In this document: positions 1 through 9,843 of the stretch, one piece after another | Numbering within the stretch: position 1 is the first letter of the stretch | Layout: the number at the start of each line of letters is the position of its first letter | The notes under the pieces: model-generated | Seen by the model: the letters and a program-made list of their open reading frames with translations, nothing else | Database searches by the model: none | Told to the model about the DNA's origin: nothing | Source of the DNA: Prasinococcaceae sp. CCMP 1430 | Taxonomy: Eukaryota; Plantae; Prasinodermophyta | Assembly (NCBI GenBank): GCA_013416795.1 | Contig: RQSC01000032.1 | Location: 580,036-644,035, forward strand | Length of the DNA stretch: 64,000 nt | Direction: 5' to 3' | Position numbers and translations under genes: made by a program

Positions 1-613
1 AGTACAACGACGCGGGGGCCGAGACGGCCGCCATCTTCGCGGACGGCGCGGCGGACGTCGAGGTGGCGTGTCCGGGGACCGGCGGGGTCGGCGGCGGCGG
101 CGGGAGCGGCGGGAGCGGCGGCGCGGACGGCGCGGACGATGGCGGCGGCGGGAGCGGTGGAGGGCGCGGCGGAGGGCGCGGCGGTGCCGACGGCGACGAG
201 GGCGGCACGCACGGCGCCCTGCTGCGGCGCGAGGTGCACCGCGACGAGGGCGGCGACGGGTCCGACGAGGATGGCGCCGGCGCGTCGGGGAACGGCGGGG
301 CCGGCGACGAGGGGCTGCTGGCGGGCCTGCTGAGCAACGGCGACGCCGAAAAGGTGTGTGTTTCGGCGTTTGGTTGGTTGGTTGGTTGGTGGGTGCTTTT
401 TTTGGTGTGTTTTGTGTGTGTGTGTGTCATTGTGTTGTTGTGTGCACGCCCGCGCGCTGACATGCGCTGCCGGCGCGCGCGCCACCAGGCGAAGTCTGGC
501 GTCGGGCGTGTGCTCAACCACGACGCGATGGTCGCCGCTGGTCACGACGCCGACGGCGACGCGAGCGTGCGAGCGCGCGCTGCGGCCGCGCGCGCCGAGG
601 CGGACGCGGCGGC
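1..613 (+). CDS. Hypothetical Gly/Asp-rich protein fragment, open at window start and broken at the N at 614
   Basis: Open frame with GC-rich third positions (YNDAGAETAAIF...GLLSNGDAEK). Candidate intron 354-488 (AAG|GTGTGT, CTGAC, CAG|GCG) keeps the frame. Confidence 0.35.
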
Positions 614-614
614 N

Positions 615-1148
615 CTGCCGCACACCCACAGGGGGGCGCTCAGCCCCTCCTCTCGAGCGCTCGCCCGAGGACGCCCTCGATGACGCGCCTGTTCTCGTCG
701 CTGCCGCACACCCACAGGGGGGCGCTCAGCCCCTCCTCTCGAGCGCTCGCCCGAGGACGCCCTCGATGACGCGCCTGTTCTCGTCGCTGCCGCACACCCA
801 CAGGGGGGCGCTCAGCCCCTCCTCTCGAGCGCTCGCCCGAGGACGCCCTCGATGACGCGCCTGTTCTCGTCGCTGCCGCACACCCACAGGGGGGCGCTCA
901 GCCCCTCCTCTCGAGCGCTCGCCCGAGGACGCCCTCGATGACGCGCCTGTTCTCGTCGCTGCCGCACACCCACAGGGGGGCGCTCAGCCCCTCCTCTCGA
1001 GCGCTCGCCCGAGGACGCCCTCGATGACGCGCCTGTTCTCGTCGCTGCCGCACACCCACAGGGGGGCGCTCAGCCCCTCCTCTCGAGCGCTCGCCCGAGG
1101 ACGCCCTCGATGACGCGCCTGTTCTCGTCGCTGCCGCACACCCACAGG
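615..1148. repeat. Tandem array of an 86-bp unit, 6 full copies plus a partial, copying the 3' end of the nagZ-like gene
   Basis: Unit CTGCCGCACACCCACAGGGGGGCGCTCAGCCCC...GTTCTCGTCG starts at 615, 701, 787, 873, 959 and 1045, with a partial at 1131. Copies look identical by eye. Confidence 0.95.
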
Positions 1149-1760
1149 CGCGAGGGCCCGGCGCCCTCCCCCTCCTCCGCGGGCGGCGCCGGCTCGACGT
1201 AGGCGGCGTGCAGCGCGTCCACGCGCGCGACCGCGGCCAGCAGCGTCGCCTCGTCCACCTCGCCGGCCTCGACCGCCTCCGCGATCGCCTCGATGGCCTC
1301 GAGCTGCTTTGACTCGGTGTGGCACACGAGGAACATGTCGACGCCCGCCTTGAGGCCCTCGACCACCGCGCGCCTCAGCGTGTAGTGCTTGGTGATGGCG
1401 CCCATCTCGAGGTCGTCCGTGAGCACCGCGCCCCGGAAGCCCATGCGCTCGCGCAGGTACGAGATGGCGGGGGCCGACATCGACGCGGGGAGCGGCTTTG
1501 TGGAGGGCTTGGGCTCGCCGCGGGCCTCCCCCTCGAACGCGGGCGCGAGCACGTGCGCCGCCAGCACCGCCGCCACGCCGCCCTCGACGGCCCGCTCGAA
1601 GGGCGGCAGCTCCACCTCCTGCAGCCTGCGCATGCCGTGGTCGAGGGTGGGCAGCTCGACGTGCGAGTCCACGGCGGTGTCGCCGTGCCCCGGGTAGTGC
1701 TTGGCGCACGCCGCCACGCCGCGCGCCTGCATGGCGCGCGCGAACGCGGCGCCGGCCGTG
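1070..1760 (-). CDS. nagZ: GH3 beta-N-acetylhexosaminidase (NagZ-like), 5' part missing
   Basis: Motifs [14 protein letters not shown] (KHxPGHG plus the D-S-H loop) and [10 protein letters not shown] (nucleophile Asp). TGA stop at 1070-1072. Similarity stops at about 1760, where fibrillarin begins on the opposite strand. Confidence 0.85.
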
Positions 1761-2544
1761 CGGCGGCGGACGCGGTGGTCGTGGCGGCGGACGCGGTGGG
1801 CGCGGCGGCGGACGCGGCGGCGGTGGCGCCAAGGTCATCGTCGAGGGGCACCGCCATGACGGCGTCTTCGTCGCGCGCGGCAAGGAGGACTCGCTTGTGA
1901 CGAAGAACCTCGTGCCCGGCGAGTCCGTGTACGGCGAAAAGCGCATCTCGACCGAGGCGGAGGGCGCCAAGACCGAGTACCGCGTGTGGAACCCCTTCCG
2001 CTCAAAGCTTGCGGCGGCCATCCTCGGCGGTGTGGACAACATCTGGATGAAGCCGGGCTCCAAGGTGCTGTACCTTGGCGCGGCGTCGGGCACCTCGGTG
2101 TCGCACGTCAGTGACCTCGTGGGGCCCGACGGCGTCGTGTACGCCGTCGAGTTCTCGCACAGGCCGGGGCGCGACCTCGTCAACATGGCCAAGAAGCGGC
2201 CCAACGTGGTGCCCATCATCGAGGATGCGCGCCATCCCATGAAGTACCGCATGCTCATCGGCATGGTCGACTGCATCTTCGCCGATGTCGCGCAGCCCGA
2301 CCAGGCGCGCATCGTTGCGCACAACGCCTCCTTCTTCCTCAAGACCGGCGGCCACTGCGTCATCTCCGTCAAGGCGAACTGCATCGATTCGACCGTCGCC
2401 GCGGAGGTCGTCTTCGCCTCCGAGATCAAGAAGCTCCAGGAGGAGAACTTTAGGCCGCTGGAGCAGCTCACGCTCGAGCCGTACGAGAGGGACCACGCCG
2501 TCGTCGTGGCCGCGTACAGGGTGGCAAAGAAGAAGAGCTCGTAG
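1761..2544 (+). CDS. FIB1: Fibrillarin rRNA 2'-O-methyltransferase; start codon and part of the GAR domain missing
   Basis: GGR repeats followed by [39 protein letters not shown] and [11 protein letters not shown] at 2542-2544, then TGTAA at 2575. Confidence 0.97.
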
Positions 2545-2909
2545 GCGCACCCACCAACAACACACACACATACATGTAACTTCTTACCCCCCGACCCCCC
2601 CCCCCCCCCCCCCCCGCGCGCGCGCGCACGCGTGCACGAAAGCGCGCGGGCAGACTCGTGGGCTGCGCCTCGCTGGGACGTCCGAGGGAGCAGCGCGCCA
2701 ATGCGCGGCGGCGGCGCGGCCGCAGCCCTCGAGCCCGCCGCAGCGAAACGCCGCAGCGGGCTTTTCGGCGGATGGAGGCGCCGTTTCAGAAGTAAGGAGG
2801 CAAGCGAACGAATGCAATCGAGATCCGGCTTTTTTTACGCCTCGGCAACAACAGCGGTGCGGCGCTGCAGGCCGCCACACCGCGCGCGGAGGGACGCCCG
2901 CCCGCCACC

Positions 2910-3583
2910 ATGTCGTACGTTGCGCGCAGCGCCGATCTCGCTGCCCCCCTCCCTCTCTCTCTTCTTCACCCGCGCGCGCGAGCGAGCGAGCGCACTCCCG
3001 TCCCGCCCTCCGCCCAGTGCCGCTGGGCAGCGCGGGCGGCGTTCGATTTAGGGTTGGGGCGCTTGGCGCCGCAGGCGTGGGCGCGCTCCATGCGCGGCCA
3101 CAGCCGGCGCAGGCAAGGGTAGCGAATGGCGGTTGGCAGCTGCGCCGCTGGCATGCTGAGCGCGCGATGCCGCCGTCGCGCAGCGGCGACGTGCGCCGCA
3201 CCATTGCGGCCGCGCGTTGTACTGTGGTGCTCTGCACGCGGCCAAGCGGGATTTTCCGCGCGCACCTGCCCCGGCTGAGTGTGGCCGCTGACGCGCAAGT
3301 CGCCGCTCCACCGGGCCCGCGCGGCCGCTCCCTGCCCCCTCTCGCCCGCTCATGGCGACTCCGCAGCGACATCGAGGAGGAGGAGGATCCCGTGTGCCCG
3401 AAGCCGGAGGTCGAGGAGGCGTGCAAGCCCAAGTGCATCAACGCGCTCATGGAGTACGAGGCGTGCGTGAAGCGCATCGAGTCGGACACCACCGGCGAGG
3501 CGCACTGCACCGGCCAGTACTTCGACTACTTCAGCTGCATCGACGCGTGCGCGGCCAAGCCGCTCTTCGACAAGCTCAAGTAG
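2910..3583 (+). CDS. QCR6: Cytochrome bc1 complex hinge subunit 6; exons 2910-2914 and 3367-3583
   Basis: EEACKPKC...CVKRI...HCTGQYFDY...C pattern. ATGTC|GTACGT donor and CCGCAG|C acceptor splice to MSDIEEEED. Confidence 0.9.
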
Positions 3584-3656
3584 TGGGGCAGCGGCTCGGG
3601 CGCTCGCGGGCCGCCGCGCGCGCCGGCGCGCGCNTCAGCGCTCCGCGCCGCGGTAG

Positions 3657-5074
3657 GCGGCGGCCGCCGCGCGGTGCGCGGCGCTGCCGCGAGGGAGTGG
3701 CGCGGCGGCACGCGCGGTGATGGCGCCGTTCGGGCCGCTCGCTTTCCTCCCGGCCACGCTGGTGCACACCAACGAGCTGCTCGTGCACCTCGGTGACGGG
3801 CTGTATGTGGAGCGCACGGGCGCGCAGGCCGCTGCGGTGCTGACGCGCAGGGAGAAAGCGCTCCGCGAGGCCGTCCGCGCGGCAGAGGCGGGGGCGCGAG
3901 ACCTGGGTGCGCAGTTCGATGCTGCCGAGGCGGCCGCTGCGGGTGCCACTCGCGAGATTATCGAGGAGTGGGATGAGGCGACGCACGGCGACGCTGCGCG
4001 TGAGGCGCGCATGGCGCAGAATGCACAGAGGGTCATCTGCGAAAAAGCTGAAGCATGGGCACAGCAGCGCAAAGCCAAAGCCAGGGAGGACGACTCTCTC
4101 TTCGCCAGGATGGCCGAGCTTGAGCGACTCGAGGCGGAGACTGACATGGACGAGGCCGCAGATTCTCACGCAGAAGTGCGCGCTGTGGACAGCGATGACG
4201 AAAGTGATGAGGGTGAGGTCGACGAGCGCATCCTGGCACAGCGCCTGGCGGCGCTGGATGCGCTTGGGGTGGAGCAAGTTGCGACAGAGGGGAAGGAGGC
4301 ACGCGGCGCGGCCGCGGATGGCGGAATGGGGGGTGCCGCTGGCAACACCGTCGGCGGTGGCGGGCGCCTGGACGTAGCCGATGCCGCGCCATTCCCAATC
4401 ACAAGCGCCGCGGATGTCGAAGCGTTTGCCGAGTACAAGCAGCTGCTTGAGGGCGACACGGCGCAGCCCATCAAGCCTCCACGAGTGCAACCAGAGCCGG
4501 CCCAGCGCGCGCCTGCGACGGATCCCTCCGGCGGCGTAGCACCGCCCAAACCCAGCAGCCCCTTCGACTACAGCAAATGGGACCACCTCGAGGGCATGAC
4601 CAGCGACAGTGATAGTGGCGATAGTGATGATGAGTCCGACACTGGCAGTGACAACGAGGGGCTGCTGGCAGCACCGGCAGCGCAGCCGCCGACGCCGCCG
4701 GCCGAGCGTCGGCCAATGTCGATGTTCAAGCAGCAGCAGCGGAGGCGGCAGGAGCGGCACGACGAACAGGTACGTATTCCGCCGCGATGTGCTGCACGCA
4801 CCCGGCCACCCGCGTGCTCGCGGGCGCTCACACTGACTGCGTGTGAATTGCACACATGCACACGCGCTCTTGGCGCCGCCAGCCCCTCATCCAGGAGATG
4901 CCGCTCGTGGAGGAGAGTGGCCCCGCATCGATGGTCGTCAAGGAGCGTATGCCGCGTTCGCGCGCCGGCGCTGCCCCGACCGTGGCAGACAATGATGGCG
5001 CGCGCCGGAAGCCAGTGAGCCGCTTTCGCGCCGAGCGCCAAGACCACTACACACCGTGCGAACAACTCGACTAG
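3657..5074 (+). CDS. URI1: Unconventional prefoldin RPB5 interactor (URI/Bud27-like), 5' end lost near the N at 3634
   Basis: VMAPFGPLAFLPATLVHTNELLVHLG prefoldin alpha motif, acidic middle, C-terminal KPVSRFR URI-box-like motif. Intron 4770-4882 (GTACGT...CAG). Confidence 0.8.
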
Positions 5075-5347
5075 ATGCTGGGCACCTGCTCGTCCGCACT
5101 CTACGCGGCACGCACACACGATGGGGGCACACCGCACACGCGCGGGCTACACAGGCCGCGTCGAACCGCCGCCTCAAGTTGTGTGACAATCATTTTGTGT
5201 GTAGTTATGCGTGGACAGGTGTGCGTTGCCGCGGCGCTATCTGCTGGCGCACCCTCGCGCCAGGGAAGCACCCTGCGACCCCTGCGCCAAGGCCCTCGTG
5301 GCTCGGGAGCATCCGCACAGTGCCGGCTGTATAGCCTTGGGCCCGCG

Positions 5348-6660
5348 TTAGTTGGCTATCTTCATCTTGCGCTTCTCGCACATGCCCTTGAGCACCTCCT
5401 TGTACGCTGGCGCGTTGATCTTGGCCTTCTTGCAGTACAGCTTGACCATCTCGCGCCACCTGGCCTTGCACTGCGTGCCCGTGCGCCGCTTCATGAGGGT
5501 GTCCCAGGTGACCTGGCCCTCGTCGCCGGGCGACGTGCGCCACATCGCGCGCAGCAGCTCGTTTTCCTCCTTGAGCGACCACTCGGAGTCGTTGGCAGCG
5601 AGCTTGGGCGCGATGTCGTTGTACCACTTCTCCAGGCACTGCGTGAAGGTGCGAGTGCCCATGCGGTCCGATATGGCCGTCCAGTCGATCTTGTCGCGCT
5701 GGCGCTGGTTGGACGCGTTGAGCAGCACGGTGGTGCTGTTGGGCTCGAGGGTCTTGCCCTGGCGCGCGAGGCTCTCCTTCACCAGCTGCTCGAGCTTGGT
5801 CTTTTCATCCTCCGACCAGCGGCCCTTCTTGCGGTTCTCACCGAGCTTGATCTCGCGCCACTTGTTCGCAACGGCCTTCTCGTTGCGCTCGAGCTGCGCG
5901 CCGATCACGACCCAGCTCGGGCGGCCCGACGACTTCTCGACGAACTTGCGGAGCCTCTCCTCCTCCTCCTTCGTCCACTTGCCCTGTGGGCGCGTGTATC
6001 CCGGGTGTGCGTGGTCGAGCGTCACCACAGCGGACGCGCGAGCAAGAGCGCCGAGCGCATGTGTCAGCGCGTGTCGGTGGCGCTGGCGCGCGCGCAGCGA
6101 CCGTCGAGCGGCGCGACACACGAGTGCAGACGCTCGCGCTCGCCGACGCATTCGCGCGCCGCACCTTGTAGTTGAACTGATCGAACTTGCGCTGGGCGCG
6201 CTGCAGGCACGCCTTGGCGCAGCGCCCCGGCACGCCCTCCGCGAGTTGTCCCCACGCGCCCACAGTCTTGCTGCCCTTCTTGAGAAGCGAGCGGATGCCC
6301 TCGTCGTTCGACGGCATCCCCTTGTCCTTCAGAAAGTCCACGATGGCCGCCTTGAGCGCATCGTCCTCCTCCTTGGAGAAGCGCTTGCCCTTGAGCGCCG
6401 GATCAGACTGGCCTCCCCACTGGCGCTTCTTGGCCCCGTCAACGCCGGTGGATGCGCTTCGCTTGCTCGCCCCCGAGCCCGCTGCGTCATCCGCGCGTTT
6501 GCGCTTCTTGGGCGGCGCGCTGTCCTTCTTCGCCTGGGCCTCCTTGGCCTTCTTGACGGCCTCGGCCGCCTTGGCCTTGGCGTCCTTGTCAGCCTTCTTC
6601 TTCTTCGCGTCCTTGTCGGCCTTCTTCTTCTCCTTTTCTTTCGCCTTGGCAACTACGAGT
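5348..6660 (-). CDS. Multi-repeat Myb DNA-binding protein (DMTF1/TTF1/Reb1-like); start unresolved
   Basis: Myb repeats KRFSKEED, GKWTKEEE, GRWSEDE with WTAISDRMGTRTFTQCLEKW, and WSLKEE. Lys-rich N-terminal region. Intron 5984-6164. Confidence 0.8.
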
Positions 6661-6849
6661 GCGCGCGTGCGCGTCAGCCGCGGCATGGGCGCGGCGCACA
6701 CGTGCGCAGCACGCACGCAGTTTGCGCCAAGCGCCGGCGCTGGCGGCGTGCGGGCCAGGCCGGCGCCCAGCACTGGAGCGCATCGGCGCATCCTCGCGCG
6801 AGGCCAGGGATCGACGCGAGCCCTTCCTTCCCTCCGCATCCCCCCGGCC

Positions 6850-7829
6850 CACACCGCGAGCGGCTCCACAGCGTCGCCCCCAGCGAACGCCCGGATGAGG
6901 TCCTCCGTGGACGCCTTCTGGTGCTGCTTGCCGTTGCCGCCGATGAAGACGCGCTTGATCTGTACGTATTCGCGCGATATCGTGCGCATGGAGTTAATGA
7001 GCACGTCGAAGCACGTCTGGTCGGCGGTGCCGATGTCGAACCAGCAGCGCCCCCAGTGCTTGTCAAACTGGTCGGTGAGGTGGGGGCGAGGATGCGCGCA
7101 GTCAGCGCACGCGAGCGAGGGCACGAGCAACGGCGAGCGCGTGCGCGCTCGTGCTCGGGCGCGACCACGGCGCGGCCTGCTGCGCGGCGCGGCACACCTG
7201 CGGGTCCTTGAGGTCATGGAAGTGCGCGTCCAAGGATGCAGCCGCATGGTCACGGTCGTACGCCAGCGTCGCGAGCGAGTCGGAGACGGCCTCCGTCTGG
7301 GCGTTGGTGGCGTTGAAGCCGCCGAGGTTGCCCAGGATGTACCACGCCTTGAACATCTGGTCGAAGCAGTTGCGGTGCTCGTCATTGAGCGGCTCAGCGC
7401 ACTCGAACTCGATCCACAAGTCGAAGGGATCAAAGGGCTCGAGAAACTTGACGTCCATCTCCACGTCTGCGCCTCCACGCGGGCGCAGGTGCTCGCCCTG
7501 GCTCTCCTCGAAGCGCGCCTTGATCTTCGCCTCGAGCTCGGCGTTGCTCTCCGTGCCGTCGAGGATCGCCTGCAGCTCGGGGTCGGGGCTGTCGCCGCTC
7601 AGCTGCTCGCGGAAGATGTCGTGCCACGACGAGTACTCCTCGCGCGCGCCGGCGCCTTCACCCCCTGCCGGCCGCACGCTGTCCCACGCGGCGGCGCCCC
7701 CGCCGCCGCCGCCACCCGCCGCACGCGCCACCAGGGTCAGCTTGCTCAGCGCTGACGGCGGGCACTCCCCCGACCTCTGGAATGTGGTCAGCTGCCCGTA
7801 CAGTCCCGACAGCACTGGGCCCAGGTGCG
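6850..7829 (-). CDS. DUF3531-family plastid/cyanobacterial-type protein; start lost at the N at 7830, stop not identified
   Basis: FDPFDLWIEF, WYILGNLGGFN and WGRCWFDIGT...DVLIN motifs. Intron 7068-7197. Transit-peptide-like leader ending LVARAA. Confidence 0.8.
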
Positions 7830-8359
7830 NAAAAAAAAAAAAAACGCCGCCGTCCCCCCACGGGAGAGCCCACGTGGGGGACTTTGCCCGCGCCTCCAAA
7901 CCATCGAAAGTACCTTAACCCAAAACCCGATACCAACCCTAACCTGCCTGGCCATTGCGGGGGAGATGACGGCCGGCCCAGGCGGCGGCGATCGCCGTCG
8001 CCGCCCCAGGGCAGCCACCGCCCCTCGAGCCGCGGCGGCGCGCGGCCGCCATCGCCTTCGATGCTCTCACAGGTGTGTCAGGCGCTCTGTCACTCCCGGC
8101 CGCCCTCGCGCGCCGGCGCCAGCGAGTGGTCGACGCCGCGCGGCCCATGGCCAAACGCATCGCGCCACAGCGGCAGCCGGCCATTGAGACGCGGGTCCGC
8201 AGCCAGTGTGGTGACGCGCGCGGTGGTGGTGGTGATGCGTGCGTGCATCATAACAACATTCCATGTTTGCAATGCGAATGGCGCGGGGCGCCCAGACCTC
8301 GATGCAGGCGCGCCTGTGCGCGCACGCGCGGGCGCCGCGCACAGTACGCGCCACTCCAG

Positions 8360-9487
8360 TCAGAGCTCCTTTCGGAGGATGACGGTCCGCGCGCGCCCCT
8401 CGATGCCGTCCAGGCACATGCCGCGATTCCGCGCGCTTTGGACGCTCTCCTCGTCCTCGAGCACGAAGCCGCTCGCCTCGTACGCGCGCTGTGCGGCCTA
8501 TGCACGCGAGAGCAGGGCGGAAGGGTGGGTGTTCGGGGGGAAGGGGAAGGGGGAGGAGCGGACGAAGAGCATCGCACGTCAGAGTCAGGCGCGTGGACGT
8601 TCGCCAACTTGCGTGCGGGCGTGCGCGCGCGCTCTCATACCTCATTGACGTACAACGCATGCACATAAAGCGCCTCTGCACCCATGCCCCTAGCTGCGTC
8701 CGTGGCGGCCTCGAGCAGTTGCTGTCCCACGCCGCGCCTGCGTGCCGCCGCGGCAGTGCACACGTTGGAGAGGTATGCGCGCCGCCCTTGAGCTCCGGAC
8801 GTACCAACTAGCGGCTGACCTCCGAGAACGTCAGTGAGCTCAACATCGATGGAACCCACAATAATCTCGCCCGCGGTGTCACTGTCGGTAGCAGAGAGCT
8901 CCTCTAGCAGCGCCTCCTCCGCCTCGTGACCCGAGACCGACTGCGGTGCGCGCGCGCGTTGGTGTTAGAAACGCCGACACCAGAGAAGAAGGGCGGGGCA
9001 CAACAGACGCGCACGAGAAGGGAGGCTCGCACGCAGCGCGCACACTCACCTCGCAGGGCACAGCGGCCACGAGCACGGCGTACGCGTTTTGTGGCACGCG
9101 CTCAGCTGTTTCCTCCCTAAGTCGCTTCAACTCGCTCTCAGCCTTCTGCTCCTGCTGGCGCTGGCCCGCGAATGCGCGCTCGGGCGGGTACACATAAAAC
9201 GCACGGGCGCGCATCCACGCGGCGGCGGCGAGCTCGGAGTCGCCGTTCGCGGGGCGAACTTGCACGCCCTCAAGCGGCTTGGCTTTCGGGCGCGCCGCCT
9301 CGGCCGCGTAGCGCGCCTGGTGGAAGCCCTTGTTGTTCTCGCGCGCGTAGCGCTCCCTTGCGGCCGCCTCGGTGTCAGCGGCGGCACGCGCCGGCACACG
9401 AGAGCACGTGCGCGAGCGGCCGCGAGGGGCCGGGCCAGGCGCGCGGGCGCCCGCCGTCGCAACCCGTAGCGCGGCTGCCGCCGCCAT
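8360..9487 (-). CDS. GNAT-family N-acetyltransferase, probably plastid-targeted, spliced
   Basis: AYLSNVCT...RRRGVGQQLL acetyl-CoA motif and AQRAYEASGF motif B. Ala/Arg-rich leader from ATG 9487. TGA at 8360-8362. Confidence 0.85.
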
Positions 9488-9591
9488 TCGCGGCGTGTGC
9501 GGGCGTGTGGCCCCGTCTCGCCGCCGCGCCGCGCACCTGCGCCGCCGCCGCTGTGTGCACCTCGCCAGCGGGGCCACAAAAACCTACACAT

Positions 9592-9599
9592 AAACCCTA
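9592..9599 (+). promoter_or_regulatory. Telo-box-like AAACCCTA between divergent genes
   Basis: Exact motif in the AT-richer spacer between the GNAT gene (-) and a hypothetical gene (+). A function is inferred from plant telo-boxes. Confidence 0.4.
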
Positions 9600-9843
9600 T
9601 TTACTCTTATCCAAACCTCAAATATGTGCATGCGCGCTACCCCAAACATCCACTTTCGGAAGCAGTGCTGCAGTCAACGGATCGCGGTGCGTTCCCCGGC
9701 GCGCGAGCGCGCGCCCGACCGCAACAGCGCGCATTGGGCGGGGTGCGACCGAGCGGGCGGGGACGGGGATAACCGTGGAAAAGGGGCGCCGTGGCGCCAC
9801 ACCCACAGCCGCAGCAGGGCGCGCGCGCGCTCGGCGCGGCGCG

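Noticed and set aside
615-1148. 86-bp array as a CRISPR array
   Set aside because: Units are contiguous with no unique spacers, derive from the nagZ coding end, and no cas genes are present in this eukaryotic context.
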